From positions 248,001-312,000 of the forward strand of contig JABVCE010000004.1 in the NCBI GenBank assembly GCA_014905635.1: a stretch of DNA of 64,000 nt, in the 5' to 3' direction. Numbering within the stretch: the stretch's first letter is position 1; each line of letters begins with the position of its first letter. Shown here piece by piece: positions 46,757-57,332 of this stretch. Source of the stretch: Scenedesmus sp. PABB004 (lineage: Eukaryota). Below the pieces are notes generated by a model. It saw only the letters and a list, made by a program, of their open reading frames with translations, was not told the origin of the DNA and did not search any database. Position numbers and translations under genes: made by a program.

Positions 46757-49700
46757 ATGAAGCGCCCCGCGCGCAAGGCGCCGCTCCCTGCAGGGGGCGT
46801 GCCCGGTCTGGAGGTGCGTCCCGGCCCCGCCCGCCCGCTGCCGGCGCGCCGGGCGCCCGCGCTGACCCGAGCCGCGCTGCGCAGGTGCCGAACGCCGAGG
46901 AGCAGGCCGAGCAGCAGCCCGCGCCTGGGGCCACCGGGAGCCGCGGCGAGGGCCGTGATGAGACGGGCATCGCCATCACGCCGAGCAAGTGAGATCAGGG
47001 GCCGCGCGCCGCCGCCGCCGGGAGGGCAGGGGCTTGATGATGGGCCGCTCTGCTGCCCGGCCCCCCGCTCGCTGCCGCGCCGCCGCCGACCGCCGGGCGC
47101 GCGCCCGCGTGCCGCCGCCGACGCCGCCGTCGCGCCCTGCCCGCCGCCAGGGCTCGCGTGGGGCGGGCGCCCTGGGAGCAGCTGCTCGGCGCGCCGGGCG
47201 GCCTGCTGCAGACGCCGGAGCGGCACCGCGGCGGCGGCGGCTCGCTCGCGGCCTGGCTGCAGTCGCCCACCGCGCCGATGGGCAGCCCGCTCTTTGCCAG
47301 CCCCGAGCCCGTGCCGCCGCTCTTCCAGCCGAGCCCGCTGCGCGCGCCCGCGGGCGTCAACGGCTTCGCCGCGCTCTTCTCCAGCCCCCTGCGCGCGCCG
47401 GGCGGCGCCGAGGGCGGCCGCGCCGAGGCGCCCGGCGCGGCCCGCGCCGGCGCGCCGGGCGGCCTGGTGAGCCCGTCGCCGCGGCGTGCGCGGCGCGGCG
47501 GCGCCGCCGGCGGCGCGCGCCGCCGCGGCGCCGGGCTGGAGGCCGCGGACTGGCTACCGGCGCCCGGCCGCGACGAGGCCCAGCCGTTCATGATGCACGC
47601 CGGCACCGACGACGAGGAGCGCGACCTCGTGCGCGACCTGCTGCAGTCGCCGGGGCCCAAGGTGCGGCCGCAGCCGGCGCCGAGGGGCACGCGCGTGCGC
47701 GCGCGCGCGCGCGCTGGCTGCTGCTGCCGTCGGCAGCCTCGGCCGGTGCCGCGCCCGACGCGGCCCGCCCGCGCGCCCGCCGCCGCCGCGGCGCAGGAGG
47801 TGCAGCAGCTCGCAGAGGCGCGCGCCCACTCGCACGCGCTCAGCAGGCTGGCGCCGGGCGACGAGCACCTGGCGGGCGGCGCCGACGCGGCCCGCCCGCC
47901 CGCGCACCCGCGCCGCCGCGCGCTGGACTTTTCGTGCGCCGAGGCGATGCAGCAGGACCTGCGCGTGCCGGCGCCGCGCCGCAGCGGCGGCCGGCCCGCC
48001 GGCGGCGCGGGCGGGCCGGAGCACCAGCAGCACGTGGCGCAGCTGGGCGGCGGCGGCGGCTTTGACGCGCAGCTGCCGCTGCTGCCGCTGGACCTCAGCG
48101 AGTGCGAGCGCTACAACCCTAGCAGCCCGCTCAAGGCGGCGGTCGCGGCGGCGGCGGCTGCGACGCCGCGCAGCAGCCGCGGCCGCACCGGCTCGCTCGA
48201 CCTCACCTCGCCGCGCTCCGCGCTCGACGCGGCGGCGGCGGTCGTCGCGGGCGGCGCGATGGAGGCGCTGCGCCAGGGCGGCGCCGACATGGGGGGCTCG
48301 CGCTCGCGGCGCTGGAGCCGCCGTCCGAGACGCTGCGCCTGCTGCCGCCGGGGCTCGTGCGCCCCGCGTTTGACGCCCTCGGCAGCGCCGAGCGCAGCCG
48401 CGGCGGTGCCATGATCCCGCTGGCAGGCCTGGTGCCGCTCGGCGCCGGCGCCCTGGGCGGCGGCGGCGGCGGCGAGCAGCTCGTGCGCACGCACAGCGAG
48501 GACTACATTGACGTGGACGTGGCCGGCGCGCTCGACGCCGCGGCGCCCGGCAGCGGCGCGGGCGGCGGCTCCACGGGCCGGCGCTCGGGCGCGCGGCGGC
48601 GGCGGGCGCGCCGACGCCGGCGCGGCGGCGTCCGCGGACGCAGCGCCGTCACGGCGCTCGCGGCGCATCGCCGGCGACGTGCCCGACGGTAGCGAGGGCG
48701 GCTCGCCGGCCGAGGCGGCGGGCGCCGGCGGCGCCAGCGCCGCCAAGGGCTCCGGCTGGAGCGGCCGCAGCCGCCGCACCGTGAGCCGCCTGCCACGCCA
48801 GGCGGACGACGACGAGGCTGGCGGCCCAGAGCCGCACAACCTGCAGCAGCAGCTCGACGCGGCGGCCGCCGACGGCGGCGGCGCGGCCGCGGCGGCCCCG
48901 CCGACGAGCCGGCGGCGCGCGAGCGCCCGCGCAGCCGCAGCGGCAGCCGGCGCGGCAGCGGGCAGCGGGCCAAGCGCGGCAAGCCGCGCGCCCGGCCAGC
49001 CGACGCCGAGGACGTCGCGGACCCGCCGTTTGAGCTGGACGCCACGGCGGCGCAGCTCTACGGCCTGCAGGGCGGCATCCCGGGCCTGCCGTCGGTGCTG
49101 CTCGGCGGCGGCGGCGGGCTGGCGCAGCTGCAGCTGCCCCTCGGCCTGCAGGGCGCCACACCCGACCCCCGCACCACGGCGCGCCTGCACGGTGCGCTGC
49201 GCTGCCGCGTGCCGGGCCGCCGCCGCCGCAGCGCCTCGCCCGCGCCGCGGCCTGGCTCACGCGCCCGCCCGTGCCACGCCCGCCGCAGCCGCCGTGCCCG
49301 GCCTGCTCGGCCCGGGCACGCCCGACGAGATGCGGCTCGCACACCTCGCGGCCTCCATGCCGTGCGTCGCCGCGCCGCGCGCTGTGCGCCCGCGCGCGGC
49401 CCCAGCGCGAGGTCGCGCGGCCCTGGCCGACCCCGGCCCGCCGCCGCCGCCGCCGCGGTTTTGCGCAGGCCGCTGCGCACGTGCCACTGCAGGAAGAGCC
49501 AGTGCCTGAAGCTCTACTGCGACTGCTTCGCCAACGGCGCCTTCTGCAGCGGCTGCGCCTGCGCCGACTGCAAAAACACCGAGGGCAACGCCGAGGTGCG
49601 CGCGCGCGCGGCGCGGCGGCGCGGCGGCGCGGGCGCGCGGCACCGCCCCACGCGCCGCACCCCGCCGCGCCGGCTCACGCGCCCCGCGCGCCGCCCGCGC

Positions 49701-52566
49701 GCAGGAGGTGGTGTCGCGGCGCGCCGTCATCCAGCAGCGCGACCCCAACGCCTTCGCCGCCAAGCTCGCGCAGGGCGGCGACGGCGTTGTCAGCCGCAAG
49801 GGCTGCAAGTGCAAGAAGAGCCACTGCCTCAAAAAGTACTGCGAGTGCTTCCAGGTGCGCCGGCGGCCCGCAGCTGCGGCCACGGCAGCGCGACGCGCGC
49901 GCCGGTGCCGCCGCCGCGGCACGCCGCGCTCAGCTCAGCGCCGCGGCCGGCCGCCGCCGCCGCAGATGGGCGTGCGCTGCGGCGACATCTGCAAGTGCTC
50001 AGACTGCCAGAACACCGAGGACGGCAGCGGCGGCCCCGGCCTGCCCAAGAGCGGGCGCGGCAGCCGCGCCGCCGGCACCGCGCCGCGCATCGCGCACACC
50101 GCGGCGGGCCCCTTCTGGGGCGCGCTGGGCGCGCAGGCGCTGCAGCTGCGGGGCGGCGTCGCGGCGCCCTCGGCGGCGGCGGCGGCCGCCGCCCTGGCCT
50201 TTGGCGGCGGCGCGCCCGCGGCGACGCAGGCGCTCATGCTGCGCCTGGGGCAGGGCCCGGGCACGCCCGGCGGCTCGCTGCTGTGCCTGCCGCTGCAGCA
50301 GTCCCCGGCGCCGGGCGGCCCGGCCGCCCCTGCCGGCGGCGCGACGCCGCCCTCGCTGGCCGCGACGCCCAACCCGCCGAGCAAGTCGGGCGCCGGCGGC
50401 GCGGCGCGCCAGCGCGAGCTGGGGGCGTGCCCCACGGCAAAGCCGCTGCTGCCGGAGTTCATGCGGGCCGCGGGCGCGCCCGGCGCCGAGGCGCCGCACG
50501 GCGGCGACGGGCGCGCCGCGGCCGACGCGGCGCCCGGCGACGCGCGCGAGGAGGAGGAGCTGCCGACGCCCGACCAGCCTGCCGGCGACGCCGGCGGCGC
50601 GGCGCACCGCCTGCTGTCGCCGACGAGCAGCGACGCGGCTGACAGCAGCGCCGCCGGCATCGCGCGCCCGCTCGACCTCAGCCGCGGCTTTGGCGGCCTC
50701 GCCGCGCAGCCGGCGCCCGGCGGCGCCAGCGCGGGCGCCTCGCCCGTGCGCCCCGCCGCGACGAGCAGCAGCGGCGGCTCGCCGCGCTGCCCCGCCGGCC
50801 TCAGCAGCGTGAGCAGCAAGGGCCGGCACCGCCTCGCGGCCACGAGCCGTGCGTCGGACGGGCCGCCCGCGCACGCGGCCGCGCTGCCGCCGCCGCAGCA
50901 CGGCATCGCGGCGCTGGTCGGCGAGGACGCGGCCGGCGCGGCTGCGGGCGGCGCCACAAAGGGCGCCGCGCGCCGCCAGCTGCTGCACGCTGTCAAGGCG
51001 GAACCCAGCGCCGACGGCGGCGGCGCGGGCAGCGCCTGGGCGCGGCCCGCCGGCGCGGCGCGCGGCGCCGCGCAGGAGCAGCTCGCCGCGCTGGAGCCGG
51101 GCCACGCGCCGCACTGGCAGCACGGTGGCGGCGGCGGCGGCGGCGGCGGCGCCGACGTGGGCACGCCCACGCGGCCCCCGCCGCCGCCCGGCGGCGCGCC
51201 CGGCGAGGACGGCAGCCCCACGCAGCAGGTGCTGCTGGGGCCCAACGGCCCCGTCGTCGTGCTGTCGCAGCACGCGCTCGCGAGCGCAATGTCCAGCGCG
51301 ACCGCGGCGGCCGCGTGCGACGGCGTGGGCGGCGGCGGCGGCGGCACGCAGACTGGCATGCTCATCACTCACGTGGACGAGGCCGGCTGCGTGCAGTACT
51401 TTTTCCTGCCCAGCAGCTGCCAGGCCGGGGGCGAGGCGCCCGGCGCGCCGGCGGCGGGCGCGCCCGACGCGCCCGCGCGCGGCGGGGCGCCGCGGGCCGC
51501 GACGCCGCGCACGACGCCGGTGAAGCGCAAGGCGGACGTGGAGCGCGACATGGTGGGCGGCCGCGCGGCGCGCTGCTGCTGCGCCGCGCGCTCGGTCGGC
51601 GGCGCGCTTGGTTGCACCGCGCGCCGACGCGCGCGCCCGTGACTGCCGCCTGCAGGACCAGGCCGCCGCGGCGGACGTGCAGCCCTCGCCCGCCAAGTTG
51701 CAGCACCAGCTCACGTCCCCGGGGCAGCAGCACCGGGCGGAGCAGGCAGCGGCTGAGCAGGCGGCGGCGGAGGAGGCGGACGGCGCACTGCTGTCGCCGC
51801 GGCGCGGCGCGGCGCCCGCGCCCGCGGCGCAGGTGGTGCTGTCGCCGGTCAAGCTCACGCGCGCCGGCGGCAGGACGGTGGTGCTGCCGGAGCAGCAGAG
51901 CCCCGAGCAGCTGCAGCAGGGCATCCAGCAGGCGTCCGCGTGGCTGCACGAGCAGCCGGCGCTCGCGCCGCCCGGCACGGGCGGCGACGCCGCGGCGCAG
52001 CAGGCCGCGCTCGCGGCCGCCGCGGCGCAGGCGGTGGCGCAGCAGGCCGCGCTGGCGGCGGGCGGCGGCATGCAGCTGTACGTGGTCAGCACAGCAGACG
52101 GGCAGCAGTTTCTGCTGCAGCTGCCGGCCGGCACCGACCCCGCGCGCCTCGTCGCCCCCGACGGCAGCATGGACACCAGCTGCCTCGCGTCCGCGCTGGC
52201 GGTGCCGCCCGGCGCCGCCGCGGGGCTGGCGGGGCTGGTGGCGGGCCAGCAGGCGCAGCCGGGCGCTGGCGGCTGCCCGCGCGCGGGCTCGCCCGTCGAC
52301 GCGGCGCACAGCCTCCAGTCGCCGCAGGATCACCGGGTGCGTGCGGGGGAGCGGCCGCCGCCGCGCGGGCGCGGCCGCGCGCTGGCGCCCGCCGCAGCGT
52401 GCACGCAGGCCCGCGCTCACCCGAGGCCGCCGCGCCGGGTGCGCAGGTGGTGATGTCGCCCCGCGACGGCTCGCGCCGCGACGGCGTGCGGCGCCTGTCA
52501 CCGGGGCAGACCCTCGTCTTCAGTCCCACCAAGGCGGCGCGCAGCAGCCCGCCGGGCGTGAAATGA
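46757..52566 (+). CDS. Tesmin/TSO1-like CXC (CRC) domain transcription factor, LIN54/CPP family; three apparent indels at 48290-48900
   Basis: [26 protein letters not shown], hinge [41 protein letters not shown]. Confidence 0.92.
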
Positions 52567-54152
52567 GGCCGCGCGCGCGGCGGCGCGGCGCGGCGGGCCC
52601 ATCGGCGGGGCATTGCGCAGGAGGCGCGCAGAGAGAGCGGCGGCGGGGGCGCGGCGCAGGAAGGTGCGCCGCGCCAGCCGGCCGGCCCGGGGCCGTGTAC
52701 ATGCGGGTGGCCCTGGGGTGGCTCTGCGTGCGGCGGCGGGCCTGCTACTTAGGTTGGCTGCTGCTCGCGTGCAGCGATGATGACGGCAGAGATGACCCAT
52801 AACACACTCAACACACTCACCGACTCGCGGCGCCCCCCGCCGCGGCGGGAGGCGCCCACCCGGCCGGCGCCGCGCGCGCCAGCCCCTGGCGGCGGCGGCG
52901 GCGGCGCCGGCGCCGGCCGCCCCGCGCGCCCGGCGGGCGCGCCGACCGGGACTGCCGGCGCGCCCGCTGGGCGCGGCGGGTGACGCCCGCACATGCGGGC
53001 CGACTTGACTCAACTGGACTCGACCCTGCCCGCCCGTGGGCGCGGGCGTGCGCCCCCGGGTGCGCCGCGCCGCGCACCGGGCGGGCGTGCGGGGGAAGGT
53101 GAGGGGCAGGCGTGCGTTGGGGCAGGCTGGCATGGCGGCGGGGCGGGCGCGCGCGGCATCGCGCGCGCGCGCCCGGTTGGTTGCAGGATGGCGTGGCGGC
53201 TCGCCCGCCCCGCTGGGGGCGTTGAACCAGCTGCAGCCCCACCCACAGCAGGATGGCGTGCCCGGGGGTCGCACTTCGGGCGCACGCGGTGGCGGTCGAG
53301 GCTCATGGTGTGTGTGTGCGTGTGCGTGCGTGCGTGCGTGCGTGCGTGCTGCGTGTTTGCTGCGGGGAGCGTCGGCCGCAACGGATCTGCGGCCGCGCCC
53401 CAGGCAGCGCGCGCCTTGGAGCATCACGGCGGCCTGCTTTCGGGGGGAAGCGCGGCTCGGCGTGGCGTGGCGGCGGGCGCCGCGCACTTGCGCGCCCCGC
53501 TGCCGCAGCCGCTGCGGGCACGAGCCGCGAGGGCTGCACTGCGCCGTCTGGCCCCTTGGCGCTGCCCGCGACAGCCGCTGGACGGAGTCTGCTGCGCATG
53601 GTGGCGTGCTTGCTGGTGCTGCTGCGCCTCCAGACCACCACCGCCTCCCTCACAACGTGACTGACTGACTGCCCGTGACTGGACGGCCCGTGATGACGGC
53701 GTTTGATGAGCCCCCGGCCGCGCGCGGCGGCGCACGCCGCCACCTTGCGCTTTTGGAGCGACTGCAGCGCCGCGACGCGCGGCGCGTGCCCGCGCGAGCT
53801 GCTGCGACACGCAGCGCCGCGCCCGTGCCTGTGCCTGCGGGGCGCCCGCCCGCTGGCGCCTGAAGAAGCAGCAGGGCGGCGCCTCCACGGGAGCCGGCAC
53901 GCGGGCGCGTGCTTTTTCTGCCAGCAGCACGCGGCGGCGGGTAGGTAGGCGGGCGGGGCGTTTCTTCGTGCACGCAACGGCTGGGGCACGGCGCCCCCGC
54001 ACAGGGGGCAGCGCCTAGGGGGTCGGCGGAGGGGCCGGGCAGCAACGCGCGCGCCGCAAGCTAGTCAGGCAGGCAGCTGCAGCGGGCCGCCGCACGCCTG
54101 GGACCGGCTGCATGGCGAGCGCAGGGGATGCTGATGATGCGTGTTTAACACC

Positions 54153-54662
54153 TCACTGCGAAGTTCGCAAACGCCAGCTGCCGGGAGCAGCAGCGGGCGG
54201 CTGCAGCATGTGCGGCCGCGTGGGGTGGTGGAAGCGGACGCGCGCCTCGCCGGAGGAGGCCTCCCAGCCCTCCACCACGCCCGGGTGCCAGCGGCCGCTG
54301 TGCGCGCGGAACCTGCGGTGGCGGCGCGCGCGTCGGCGGGCGCAGCAGCACGGCGTTGGCCGGTGCAGCTGCCGGCGGCGGCGCCGCGAGCCCGCACCCC
54401 CCCCCCCCTCTGCACCTGCAGGCGGCGCCGGGCTGCAGCCAGGCAGGCGGCTCTTCCAGCGCCTGCGCGTCCTGCTGCTGCTGCGGTCGCTCGCCACTCT
54501 CCAGCTCCAGCAGCGCCGCCGTGAGCGCCGCGGCGCCCGCCTCGAGCTCGGCCTTTGCCTCCGCCAGCTCGGGGTCGGGGCCCCCCGCCAGCGCGAGCTC
54601 GATGCCGGCCAGGGCGTCCAGCTGCTCCGCGAGCTGCGCGGCGAGCTCCGCACGCAGCGCCG
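54153..54662 (-). pseudogene. Partial tandem duplicate of the 5' part of the ZGPAT-like gene
   Basis: About 54205-54660 is near-identical to about 56114-56583 including intron 1; no in-frame ATG; stop at 54155-54153. Confidence 0.85.
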
Positions 54663-54765
54663 CCGGCGCCGGCGGCGGCCACTGCGCGGCCAGCTGGCTG
54701 GGGGCCGGCGCGCGGGGGCCGGCGCGCGGGGGCCAGCTCAGCTCAGAGCTTCATCTGCTTGGCCG

Positions 54766-56613
54766 TCAAAACTTCATCCACTTGGCGGCCGCGTCGTTGC
54801 CGGCGACCGCGCGGCGCAGCTGCTTGTGCGCCGCCGCCGCGGCGTTGAGGCCTCGCCGCGCCTCGTCGAGCTTGCGCTGAATCTGCGGCGCGAGGCCCTT
54901 GTTGGACTTGTTCCGCGCCAGCATCGCCGCCAGCTGCTCCACGCGCGCCTTGGCCGCCGCGACGTCATCGTGGCTGCTGACGAGGCCCTGCCGGTCGGCC
55001 GCCGGCGCCGGCTGCCGCGGCTGCCGCGGCCCACCGCCGCCGCCGCCGGCCGACGCGGCGGCGGCGGCGGCGGCCAGCGCCGCGGCGCCGCCCGTGGCCG
55101 GAGGCGGCGCTGCGGCGCCGCCATACACGCCCGCCTCGCGCAGGCGGTCCGCCGCCTCCGAGCCGTCCCCCAGGCTGTGATTCAAAAACGCAAACAGCCC
55201 CTCGCCGCCGGTGGCGAGCTCCAGGCGCTGCTGCTGCTCGCCCTCTGCCTCGGCGGCCTGCTGCGCGGCCGCCGCGGCGCGCCGCCGCCGCGTGCGCTCG
55301 CCGCCGCGGCTGCGGCCCGCGTGCTTGCCCGTGCCGCGCGCCTTGTGCTTGGGCGCCGAGCCGAGCCCGCGCTTGCTGGGCAGGACGGCCACACTGAGCG
55401 GCTCTGCGATGCCGCGGCCTGCGCGCGGACGCCGCGTGAGGTGCGCGCGCAGCGGGCCGCGCGGCGGCGCGGCGCGCGGCGGCGCGGCTGCGCACCGGCC
55501 TTGCCGAGGCCGTCGCCGCGCCTGTAGCCCATGCGCGCGAGCAGCTTGCTGGCGATGCCCCGGCTGTGCGCCTCAAAGGCAGCAAACGTGGCCGTCTCCT
55601 GCTGCACGCCCGCCTCCGCAGCCAGCCTTGCCGCCTGCATCACACAGCCGCTGTCTGCTGCTGCGCCCCGCCCCACACGCGCAAAGCCCAGCCCGCCGTC
55701 CGTGTCGTCGCCCTGCGACTCGCTGCCGCTGCCGCCGTCGTCGCTGCCGCCGCTCGCGTCGCTCGCGCTGCCCTGCTCCGCGCCGCCGCGCGGCCCCTCG
55801 CCGCGCTGCAGCTCCGCCGCCTCGTCGCCGGCGTCTGCCAGGATGAGGGCCAGCGGCAGCATGGCGCTCCGCCCCGATCCCACGAAGACCACGTTGGCGA
55901 CCGCGCTCGCTTCGGGCGCAGCGCCGGGCGCGGCGGCGCCAGCCTGCGCCGCCGCCGCCGCCCTGCTTAGCGCCGTGACCTCCGCCGCCCGCCACAGCTG
56001 CTCGCCCGGCGGCAGCGCGAGCACGCGGCTGCCCACCGCCAGCACGCCGCCGCCCCTGCCGCCGCCGCCGTCGGGCGGCTGCACCAGCGCGGGCGGCAGC
56101 GCCAGCGCCTCGAGCATGTGCGGCCGCGTGGGGTGGCGGAAGCGGACGCGCGCCTCGCCAGAGGAGGCCTCCCAGCCCTCCACCACGCCCGGGTGCCAGC
56201 GGCCGCTGTGCGCGCGGAACCTGCGGCGGCGGCGCGCGCGTCGGCGGGCGCAGCAGCACGGCGTTGGCCGGCAGCTGCACCAGCTGCCGGCGGCGGCGCC
56301 GCGAGCCAGCGCCCCGGCTCGCCCCCCCCCCTCTGCACCTGCAGGCGGCGCCGGGCTGCAGCCAGGCAGGCGGCTCTTCCAGCGCCTGCGCGTCCTGCTG
56401 CTGCTGCGGTCGCTCGCCACTCTCCAGCTCCAGCAGCGCCGCCGTGAGCGCCGCGGCGCCCGCCTCGAGCTCGGCCTTTGCCTCCGCCAGCTCGGGGTCG
56501 GGGCCCCCCGCCAGCGCGAGCTCGATGCCGGCCAGGGCGTCCAGCTGCTCCGCGAGCTGCGCGGCGAGCTCCGCACACAGCGCGCCGCCGCCGCCGGCGC
56601 CGGCGTCGGCCAT
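54766..56613 (-). CDS. ZGPAT-like G-patch protein (coiled N-terminus, Tudor-like domains, G-patch), 3 exons
   Basis: CR|FRAHSGRWHPG, VRFRHPT, VGSRVLA..LWRAAEV, G-patch FAAFEAHSRGIASKLLARMGYRRGDGLGK, KRGLG, LFAFLNHSL, C-terminal KWMKF*. Confidence 0.85.
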
Positions 56614-57332
56614 GCTGGGAGCGCAGAGAGAGTGGCGTCCCCGATACGGCTGAACGGCGAGCCGAGCAGCGTTGTCGGCGGCGCGGCTGCGGCGCGGCAG
56701 CGGCCGCTGCTGCTGCCGCACGGCCCTCTCTTTCAGTGCAGCGTTTACCAAGGGATGGTCCAATCAGTCCTTGCAGCGCCGTGGCAGCATGTTCACGCCC
56801 ACGGCCGCCGCCGCGGTAAACCGCAGTCAACTAGCGCAGCTTGCGAGGTGAACCCCTCAGATCATTGTCAGAGCTATGCCGAGCCATGAGTGAGTGATGA
56901 AGGGATGCTCCCAACCTCCCGCTGTACACACACCGGCGGGTGCTTGCGCAGCACCTCGCCGCCGCCGCTCGTGCGCCTCGCGGCGCCAGTCGGCGTTGTT
57001 ATTCGTAGCGCCCCCACAGAGCCATCGTGAGCGCTGTCAAAACTGGTGGCCGCCGCGCGCGCCGCACGCCGCGCCTCGCGCGTCTCAAAATTTGCGCGGC
57101 GCGCCGGGCACGCCCCGGCGGCGGTACAACTCTGCAGGGGGACAGGGGCCGGGCGCGCAATGGCTGGCCGCCCGCCGCCCCACACTCGGCGGCGGCGGGG
57201 GGCCGTGCCGCGTCAACAACAGATCGTCCGGCGGCGCAAGCGTGTCGCAGCTTGCCGCGCGCTCCCCAGCTGTATGGTGTGCACTTCCATTGTGAGAGGC
57301 CCTGGCGCGCCCGGGCCACGCCCAGCGCGCGC

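Noticed and set aside
11615..52566. Cell-cycle gene cluster (ORC5, ELG1, CXC factor)
   Set aside because: Spread over 40 kb among unrelated genes; compatible with chance
52570..54150. Possible unannotated gene or transposon in the gap after the CXC gene
   Set aside because: No codon-biased exon, protein motif, terminal repeat or target-site duplication recognised; contains a (TGCG)n microsatellite
54743..54790. Read-through to a peroxisomal PTS1 (MKL*) after the ZGPAT-like stop
   Set aside because: The second peptide is out of frame and MKL is not a canonical PTS1
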